Source: a virus (taxonomy: Duplodnaviria > Caudoviricetes). From it: 52,037 nucleotides of DNA. The DNA lies in IMG/VR virus record IMGVR_UViG_3300036828_000332, positions 1 through 52,037 of that record. One strand, given 5' to 3'. Below the pieces are notes generated by a model. The model saw only the letters and a program-made list of their open reading frames with translations. It searched no databases and had not been told where the DNA came from. A program made the position numbers and the translations under genes. Numbering within the stretch: position 1 is the stretch's first letter; each line of letters opens with the position of its first letter. This document shows, one piece after another, positions 46,264-52,037 of the stretch.

Positions 46264-47048
46264 CCACAGCCAAGGATCTGCGCGTTGCCGTGATCGGATC
46301 CGCCGATGCCCACGCCTTCATGCGCAAGACGCACTATTCCCATAAGAGCGTACAGAATTCGCAACTACACCTCGGGGTCTTTCTCGGGACACGCCTCGAA
46401 GGCGCCATGCAATTCGGACCGCCGCTGGATCGCCGGAAGTTGATCACGCTGGTTCGCGATACGCCTTGGACCGGCTTCCTGGAATTGAACCGCATGGCGT
46501 TCACCGACAACCTGCCGCGCAATTCGGAAAGCCGCGCCATCGCGGTCGCCATGCGCCTGCTGAAGAAACACTTCCCGCAGATTCAGTGGATCGTCAGTTT
46601 TGCCGACGCCACGCAATGCGGGGATGGTACGATTTACCGCGCCTCGGGATTCGTGCTTACCGCGATCCGCGCGAACACCACCATCTGGGGAGGACCAGCC
46701 GGCGAGGTGATTACCAACATCGGCATCCGCACCAGCGGCCAAGCCATCCAGTCGTTTGCCCATGTGGGCGGCAAAGACGTGTACCGGGGCGGAGCCAGCA
46801 TGACGCACTTCCGCGCGGCGGGCTTCCGTCCGCTGAAAGGCTTCCAGCTTCGCTATCTCTATTTCCTTCACCCTACGGCCAGGGAACGGCTGACCGTGCC
46901 GGTGATACCATATTCGGCAATTCGCACGGCAGGCGCTACAATGGCTCGCGGTGTGCGTCCCAGCGTCGGAAGTATCCCGGTAGACACAGCCGCGTTCCCC
47001 GCGGAAGAGGGCGGTTCGACTCCGACCCCGACGCTCCAAGATCCATAG
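46260..47048 (+). CDS. mom: Mom-family (GNAT-fold) DNA adenine modification enzyme
   Basis: HYSH, ELNRMAF, PRNSESRAI, IVSFAD and GTIYRASGF motifs characteristic of Mu Mom homologues. Confidence 0.88.
   Translation: MTTAKDLRVAVIGSADAHAFMRKTHYSHKSVQNSQLHLGVFLGTRLEGAMQFGPPLDRRKLITLVRDTPWTGFLELNRMAFTDNLPRNSESRAIAVAMRLLKKHFPQIQWIVSFADATQCGDGTIYRASGFVLTAIRANTTIWGGPAGEVITNIGIRTSGQAIQSFAHVGGKDVYRGGASMTHFRAAGFRPLKGFQLRYLYFLHPTARERLTVPVIPYSAIRTAGATMARGVRPSVGSIPVDTAAFPAEEGGSTPTPTLQDP
46963..47038 (+). tRNA. tRNA-Gly(UCC)-like element, non-canonical, inside the mom 3' end
   Basis: 76 nt; perfect 7-bp acceptor GCGTCGG/CCGACGC, U73-CCA, TTCGACT T-loop, GG in the D-loop, anticodon TCC. Confidence 0.8.
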
Positions 47049-47081
47049 CCGCGCGTACTATGTAACCTAAAGGAGCATTCG

Positions 47082-47738
47082 ATGCCTGCATTGAATATCA
47101 CCGAAACGCTTTCTCTCACGCACGCTGTCGTAGCCACCAGCCCGGCGTCCCCCAGCAGCGCCAAAACCGTAAGCAGCGGCCCGGTCAAGATCAACCAGAT
47201 CGGCAACAATGTCTCCAGCGGCATTCAAATCGTGACGACCACTGCCGCGGTCATCAATATCGGAGCAGTGTCGGGAGGCGCACTGGGCCGCTTCGCCATC
47301 AAAAACCTGGACGGCGCGAATGACCTGAGCGTGTTGCCGGGACTGGCCGGACCGGCGTTCCTCACATTGCTGCCCGGAGAAATGGCGCAAGGCCGCTTCG
47401 ACGCCAGCGTTACGGCTCCAGCGGTGCTGACGAGCGCCGCAGCGGGTAGTTCGATTACCGCCATAGCCGTGGCGACCGGTGGCGCCGGCTATACGGTTGC
47501 GCCAACCGTTACCCTGGCCGGCGCAGGCGCAGGCACTGGAGCGGCATTCACAGTGAACCTGACAGGAGGCGCGGTTAGCTCTGTCACTGTGACTGCCGGA
47601 GGGTCCGGGTATCCCAGTAGCGGCGTAACCGCGACATTTACAGGTGGCACCTTTACCACCGCCGCTACGGCTGGCGCGGTCACGGTAACAACGCCAGCCA
47701 CGACGGTGTTGATGGAATACATCGTCTGTGCGGACTAG
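47082..47738 (+). CDS. Thr/Ala/Gly-rich beta protein, virion- or surface-protein-like
   Basis: AAGGAG RBS; two GG(A/S)GY repeats. Confidence 0.75.
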   Translation: MPALNITETLSLTHAVVATSPASPSSAKTVSSGPVKINQIGNNVSSGIQIVTTTAAVINIGAVSGGALGRFAIKNLDGANDLSVLPGLAGPAFLTLLPGEMAQGRFDASVTAPAVLTSAAAGSSITAIAVATGGAGYTVAPTVTLAGAGAGTGAAFTVNLTGGAVSSVTVTAGGSGYPSSGVTATFTGGTFTTAATAGAVTVTTPATTVLMEYIVCAD

Positions 47739-47948
47739 ATGACCGTCGAGTTCACGCGCCAGGGCAAAACCTACTTCTGCGTGCTCGGCCCGGTTCATGG
47801 GCGCACGCCACCAGAGCGGATTTCTATTGCCTTCCGGCCTTGCGCCTACAAAGCGCCGGTCATGCTGGAACTCGCCTATCTCGGCCGCGATCCGGCGCGG
47901 GCCATAGAACTGTACCAGCCCGTCGAAAGCGATCCTGGCGAAGACTGA
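47739..47948 (+). CDS. Hypothetical protein
   Basis: Starts directly after the upstream stop. Confidence 0.55.
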   Translation: MTVEFTRQGKTYFCVLGPVHGRTPPERISIAFRPCAYKAPVMLELAYLGRDPARAIELYQPVESDPGED

Positions 47949-47959
47949 ATTCCCGCAGC

Positions 47960-48053
47960 GTGAAGCTCCTTCGCGGGTGAAGCTTCAGACGCGGTGAAGC
48001 CCTTATTGTGGTGAAGCTCCGGGACTCGTGAAGCCTTCTGGTGAGTGAAGCTC
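47960..48053 (+). repeat. GTGAAGC array, six copies, exact 17-bp period
   Basis: Starts at 47960, 47977, 47994, 48011, 48028 and 48045. Confidence 0.93.
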
Positions 48054-48383
48054 TCTCGTGCGCGTCCCCACGACGTAGCGGTCGAGCAACTCGTGAAAGA
48101 CTGTCACGCAGCCGGCGCAAAGGTCCGGTGGCAAGCTTCGGACTCGTCGGCGACCAGTTACCACCAGAAGTGCGGCACCGCAATAAGCGTGCCATGGGTC
48201 ATCGAACAACTCCAGGTGTGTCACGCCGTCGAAGTCGCGCACCCGTAAGTCGATCTGATTGAGCACCCAGGTCTGCAGGAACCGCCGTTGGTGCTGCAGC
48301 AGCCCGTTGCGGGCGCGCACCGCCTGGCATTCCCGGCAGACTCGCTTCACCGTTTTGCCGCATTCCGCGCAGATCACGCGCAC
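48003..48383 (-). CDS. Cys-rich hypothetical protein
   Basis: CAEC, CREC, YCG and CAGC motifs; the tail runs into the repeat array. Confidence 0.55.
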   Translation of the reverse strand: MRVICAECGKTVKRVCRECQAVRARNGLLQHQRRFLQTWVLNQIDLRVRDFDGVTHLELFDDPWHAYCGAALLVVTGRRRVRSLPPDLCAGCVTVFHELLDRYVVGTRTRELHSPEGFTSPGASPQ

Positions 48384-48405
48384 CAGAATATCAGGATTTC
48401 GACTG

Positions 48406-48445
48406 TTTGCTGAATGTTGACAGAGACAGCAAAGTTAGGTATCCT
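48406..48445 (+). promoter_or_regulatory. Sigma70 promoter with a dyad around the -35 box
   Basis: TTGACA-17-TATCCT; TTTGCTG-N14-CAGCAAA. Confidence 0.8.
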
Positions 48446-48491
48446 ATAAGAGATCGGATAGCCGATCAGAAACGGACTAAGACAAACAAAC

Positions 48492-48767
48492 ATGACTATT
48501 CAACAAGCGGCACAAACGGCACTCGATATTCAGTACGCTTCCAACGCTTCGGGAGTGATTAAAACGCTGGCAGGACCAGTGACAGAAGCGATCTGGGAAG
48601 AGGTGCGCAGCTCGGGCAGCGGGTGTTTCAACCGGCACCCGATCATCGCCATGTTCCTGTTCAAGATCGGTGAGCTGAACGGCTGCGGAATCAGTTCGCT
48701 CGATTCCGGTTATGAGGCGGCTGAGCAGGCGTGCAGAGCACTCGCGAATCAGGAGGTGGCCCAGTAA
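48492..48767 (+). CDS. Hypothetical early protein
   Basis: First ORF after the promoter; ASNASG and NRHPI motifs. Confidence 0.75.
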   Translation: MTIQQAAQTALDIQYASNASGVIKTLAGPVTEAIWEEVRSSGSGCFNRHPIIAMFLFKIGELNGCGISSLDSGYEAAEQACRALANQEVAQ

Positions 48768-49075
48768 TGCCCGCAGAGATCACTCCCCAGGAGATGCACG
48801 AAAAGATGCTGGCCATTGCGGCCACCCTCGGGCTCCCGAAGCACTATCAAAACGATCTTCTCTTTCATGACCTGGAAGCGCTGTGCGATATGCGCGCTGC
48901 AGGCAAAACGAGGTTCTGGTGGCGGCTGCGCGAATGCGGCACCCAATTCTCTTCGCACTCGGAGAGCTACGCGCGGATGGCGTGGAGCAATGAGCAGGGC
49001 CACTGCTACTTTGGCGATCTGGCGACCGGCGAACTCCGGCTGTTGCCGGTTCCGGCCGAAAGGCGGGTGCGGTAG
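48767..49075 (+). CDS. Hypothetical early protein
   Basis: AGGAGG RBS, TAATG coupling; DLLFHD...WRLRECGT. Confidence 0.75.
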   Translation: MPAEITPQEMHEKMLAIAATLGLPKHYQNDLLFHDLEALCDMRAAGKTRFWWRLRECGTQFSSHSESYARMAWSNEQGHCYFGDLATGELRLLPVPAERRVR

Positions 49076-49522
49076 ATGGCGGCCAACGATTCCAAGCCCG
49101 GTTGTTTGAGCATCATTGCGTTCTTCCTCTTTCTGGGAGGCGCAGTGTGGCTATTCCAAACTCTCACGGCAACTCCGCAGGATAAGGCCCGGTGGGCCAA
49201 GAATGACCGAGAGCATGCCGCATATAACGCACAGAAGGTGAAGGATCCGCAATCGCAACTCGAATATTACGCTTGCAAGGAAGTGCAAAAATACGCACTT
49301 GCTCAACTCCGCGCTCCTTCTACGGCAGACTTCCCCTCTTGCACATGGGATGGGAAGGGGACGGTCACCTACAAAGGCGACGGGCATTACGAGGTAAATT
49401 CCTACGTCGATTCACAGAACGGCTTTGGTGCGATGCTCCGTAGTACGTTTTGGGGAAAGATAGACATAGCAGGGAAGCAGTGGACGATCTCTGATTTCGG
49501 TTTTGAAGGAGAGTTGCAATGA
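49076..49522 (+). CDS. Membrane-anchored exported protein
   Basis: N-terminal TM helix; LRAPSTADF...VDSQNGFGAMLR motif. Confidence 0.8.
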   Translation: MAANDSKPGCLSIIAFFLFLGGAVWLFQTLTATPQDKARWAKNDREHAAYNAQKVKDPQSQLEYYACKEVQKYALAQLRAPSTADFPSCTWDGKGTVTYKGDGHYEVNSYVDSQNGFGAMLRSTFWGKIDIAGKQWTISDFGFEGELQ

Positions 49523-49713
49523 CCCTCTTTATCCGAATCGGGAATCTCACTTACGAGGTTCCCCGCAGCGGTATGAATGGCCTCCTGGGGCAACTCAAGG
49601 TGGCCGCGGATGCAAGCGGCAAGCCGGTGACAGCTACCATCACGGTGCTGCCGGCCGCAGCTCAACGCGCCTGCGATCTCATCACCGATACGCTGCAGGA
49701 GTTCCGCCGATGA
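49519..49713 (+). CDS. Hypothetical protein
   Basis: ATGA-coupled on both sides. Confidence 0.65.
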   Translation: MTLFIRIGNLTYEVPRSGMNGLLGQLKVAADASGKPVTATITVLPAAAQRACDLITDTLQEFRR

Positions 49714-50039
49714 GCGACACCAAGCGCATCGCCGAACTCAACAACCTCGCGCGCACCGCGATGGGCATCTGTAGCCGAGCCCGCCAGACTAGCGGCATCT
49801 CGGCACTGCCGCCCGCGGTTCAATCCCGCATCCGCGAAAAGGTGGAAACCTTCTCGGATTTCACCCCCGGTAACGACCCGCACGGCGAGCGCGACTTTGG
49901 CGCGTTCGAGCACGATGGCGAACGTATCTTTTGGAAAATCGACTACTACGACAAGGCCCTGGAGTGGGGAAGTGAAGACCCGGCGAACCCGCAAGTTACC
50001 ACGCGGGTTCTGACCATCATGCTGGCCGAAGAGTACTGA
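49710..50039 (+). CDS. DUF3768-like protein
   Basis: IAELN...NDPHGERDFG...FWKIDYYD...RVLTIMLAEEY. Confidence 0.85.
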   Translation: MSDTKRIAELNNLARTAMGICSRARQTSGISALPPAVQSRIREKVETFSDFTPGNDPHGERDFGAFEHDGERIFWKIDYYDKALEWGSEDPANPQVTTRVLTIMLAEEY

Positions 50040-50043
50040 AGAA

Positions 50044-50364
50044 ATGAAAGGACTCATTATGAAGACGACGAAAATACCAGACACAAGAACCCTTGCCGAA
50101 AAGCGCCGCGATGCCAGTTTGGCACGCCAAACCTTCTCGGGTGGACATGGCAAACGATCCAAAAAGATCCGCTGCGAATGCGGACAGATGACTGCCGCGC
50201 GGGCCCTCGCCAGAGGCCACTACTGCGGAGCCGAAGCGGTTGCAGCTCGGGCGGCCGATGAGATCACCAACCTTTGGTGGGCCGCGCCGGATGAGAACAG
50301 ACTGAGCAAGCTGGACGTGGTTCGCGAGATCATCCTGCGCCACTTCAAGGAATCGAAAGCATGA
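50044..50364 (+). CDS. Hypothetical protein
   Basis: CECGQMT..RA...H motif; start may be 50059. Confidence 0.7.
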   Translation: MKGLIMKTTKIPDTRTLAEKRRDASLARQTFSGGHGKRSKKIRCECGQMTAARALARGHYCGAEAVAARAADEITNLWWAAPDENRLSKLDVVREIILRHFKESKA

Positions 50365-50804
50365 GCCACTACGAGTTTGTTCTGGTGCGATCCGCTGGCG
50401 ATAAGTGGGGTCCGAGCATCTGGAACTTTTACGAAACACAGGAGGATGCCGCGCAAGCGGCACTGCAGGTCAATTCGCAGGAACGCGGCGATCTCTATAC
50501 GCCGATGACCTACGTGCGCTTCCAGGAGTTGGAGCGGGAGTTCTGGCTGAAGGAGGGACCATCCAGGATCTCCGCCGAGAAGTTCCATGACATGCTGAAT
50601 GTCTTGCCGCCCATGCGCTGGAAACAGGAGGGTGCTTTCAACTCCTTCATGATGTCCGAGCGCATGAGCGGAACATTCACCTACCAGTACGCGCAGCTCG
50701 GGTTCGAGCCCGGAGCGGTGTACTTCCAAAAGATGGTGGATCTGGCGGATGCGACAACTTTTATGACTGAAAAGAATGTGAGGGAACTATGCAGCTTACG
50801 GTAA
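50361..50804 (+). CDS. DUF1419-like protein
   Basis: ISAEKFHDMLNVLPP...FMMSE motif. Confidence 0.7.
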   Translation: MSHYEFVLVRSAGDKWGPSIWNFYETQEDAAQAALQVNSQERGDLYTPMTYVRFQELEREFWLKEGPSRISAEKFHDMLNVLPPMRWKQEGAFNSFMMSERMSGTFTYQYAQLGFEPGAVYFQKMVDLADATTFMTEKNVRELCSLR

Positions 50805-50986
50805 CAATCACCATGGGCAATGATGCCATGCAGACCGGCGAGGATCTGGCCGACGCGCTGCGCAGGGTGGCGAAGGAGGTTGAGGATCTGAGAATGACCG
50901 AAGCCCATGCGGAAAGGCTGTCGGGCCGCATCCGAGACGTCAACGGCAATACGGTAGGAGGGTGGAGTGTAACAGGCACAGCATAG
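50789..50986 (+). CDS. Small conserved phage protein
   Basis: LADALRRVA...IRDVNGNTVG motif. Confidence 0.75.
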   Translation: MQLTVTITMGNDAMQTGEDLADALRRVAKEVEDLRMTEAHAERLSGRIRDVNGNTVGGWSVTGTA

Positions 50987-50997
50987 GCAATTTGACC

Positions 50998-51032
50998 AGC
51001 CCCGATTCGGACCATTCCGGATCGGGGCTTTT
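50998..51032 (+). terminator. Rho-independent terminator
   Basis: AGCCCCGATTCGGA-CCAT-TCCGGATCGGGGCT followed by TTT. Confidence 0.8.
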
Positions 51033-51034
51033 GC

Positions 51035-51077
51035 GTGAAGCTCATCTTGTGGTGAAGCTCTGCACTTGGTGAAGCTC
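51035..51077 (+). repeat. Second GTGAAGCTC array, three copies, 17-bp period
   Basis: Starts at 51035, 51052 and 51069. Confidence 0.9.
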
Positions 51078-51125
51078 TGCAAGCTCAGCTTAGCCCTGGT
51101 CGGAGTCGGTAAAAGTGAAGTGAAA

Positions 51126-51228
51126 TAGCACTTTCAACTTCAGCTCGTAGCACTTTTGGTCGGTAGCACTTTTCACCAGGTTCGTAGCACTTTGGTCGGG
51201 TAGCACTTTTGACTCGGATCGTAGCACT
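51126..51228 (+). repeat. TAGCACT array, six copies
   Basis: Starts at 51126, 51148, 51164, 51185, 51201 and 51222 (spacings 22/16/21/16/21). Confidence 0.9.
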
Positions 51229-51284
51229 GTCATTGGCCTTGATCCCCATGGGGGAATGGGGGAATGGATCGTATAAAAATCTTT

Positions 51285-51324
51285 TGCTGATCTCTTGACA
51301 TATTCAGCATGTCATGCGTACTAT
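51285..51324 (+). promoter_or_regulatory. Sigma70 promoter with a dyad around the -35 box
   Basis: TTGACA-18-TACTAT; TGCTGA...TCAGCA. Confidence 0.75.
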
Positions 51325-51371
51325 GGTCAAGTACCCGCTAATGCGGGGTATAGAAACGGACAAATAAACAT

Positions 51372-51857
51372 ATGACAAACAAACAGATCAAGAATTCAGT
51401 AGCGGCAGAAAAGAAGATTGTCGATACTCTCAAGGCAGTAAAGGCAGCTCCGGCAGCTCCCAAGGCCTCTAAGGCTCCGGCAGCTCCCAATAAGGCATCC
51501 AAGGCAGCTCCGGCAGCTCCCAAGGCAGCTCCCAAGGCCTCTAAGGCTCCGGCAGCTCCTAAGGCCTTCGGCATCCACATCAACAAGACAGGCCGCGTAT
51601 GCTTCTCTTCTACCGCTGCAGCGCGCATTCCTGCAGACATGCCACATGCCCGCGTATTGGCCGATGGCAAGAAAATCAGCATCATTCCTGTAGCGAAATT
51701 TGCAGAGGATACTACGGAAATCCGCTTTGCTGGCAATCGGCCGTATATCTCCGCTACCAAAATCCTCAAGGGTACGGGCCTTTTTGATGGCTCCAAGAGC
51801 TTTGATTTCGAGGCCGCGCCCATCAATGGATGTGGCTTTCAATTCGTAATGGCTTAA
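51372..51857 (+). CDS. Histone H1-like (Lys/Ala/Pro repeat) protein with a small globular C-terminal domain
   Basis: KAAPAAPKASKAP repeats; own promoter and terminator. Confidence 0.8.
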   Translation: MTNKQIKNSVAAEKKIVDTLKAVKAAPAAPKASKAPAAPNKASKAAPAAPKAAPKASKAPAAPKAFGIHINKTGRVCFSSTAAARIPADMPHARVLADGKKISIIPVAKFAEDTTEIRFAGNRPYISATKILKGTGLFDGSKSFDFEAAPINGCGFQFVMA

Positions 51858-51882
51858 TCTCCCAAACATCCGCTTTACTCTT

Positions 51883-51920
51883 AAGGCCGCCTGCAGAAAT
51901 GCAGGCGGCCTTTTTCATTT
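51883..51920 (+). terminator. Rho-independent terminator
   Basis: AAGGCCGCCTGCA-GAAA-TGCAGGCGGCCTT followed by a T tract. Confidence 0.92.
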
Positions 51921-51926
51921 CCCGAG

Positions 51927-52037
51927 CTGGCCTCGGGCATCCTGCTGGCCTCGGGCATCCTCCTGGCCTCGGGCATCCTGCTGGCCTCGGGCATCCTGCT
52001 GGCCTCGGGCATCCTCCTGGCCTCGGGCATCCTGCTG
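51927..52037. repeat. 18-bp tandem repeat, continuing into position 1
   Basis: Five full units plus two partial units of TCCT(C/G)CTGGCCTCGGGCA. Confidence 0.98.

Noticed and set aside
46963-47038. tRNA-like element as an att-site remnant or an ordinary translational tRNA
   Set aside because: It is full length with both acceptor strands paired, lies far from int and the arm-site region, and departs from conserved translational positions (8, 32/38, 37, T-stem)
47960-48053. GTGAAGC array as a mini-CRISPR
   Set aside because: 7-9 bp repeats and 8-10 bp spacers are far too short, and there are no cas genes
51126-51228. TAGCACT as CIRCE (HrcA) elements
   Set aside because: It matches only a half-site, and all copies are direct; CIRCE needs the inverted TTAGCACTC-N9-GAGTGCTAA

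Overview
The window looks like a near-complete ~52 kb temperate lambda-like siphophage genome, opened inside an 18-bp tandem repeat present at both ends, so it is probably circular or excised. Most genes lie on the minus strand in three blocks. (1) Replication/methylation block, 400-6349: HTH initiator with an internal ori, an N6/N4 MTase, a C5 MTase and a VRR-NUC nuclease. (2) Intact attP, tyrosine integrase and early/recombination operon, 6445-15700, with a divergent XRE repressor at 16137-16415. (3) Lambda-type morphogenesis, 16447-45423: TerS, intein-containing TerL, gpW, portal, S49 protease, decoration, capsid, tail tube, -1 frameshifted chaperones, tape measure with a lytic transglycosylase domain, tail tip and fibres. 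A ~7 kb plus-strand block (45476 across the junction to ~399) holds a ParB-N / small ORF / Mom-like DNA-modification operon, small early genes, several short-period repeat arrays and a lambda-like cos site. The standout observation is a 76-nt tRNA-Gly(UCC)-like cloverleaf ending in U-CCA (46963-47038), embedded in the last codons of the mom-like gene. It keeps GlyRS identity elements but has features that should disfavour translation, so it is a candidate dedicated glycyl donor for DNA hypermodification. No endolysin was recognised. The host may be Acidobacteriota, a weak inference from protein style. All family calls come from motif recognition by eye; no searches were run.
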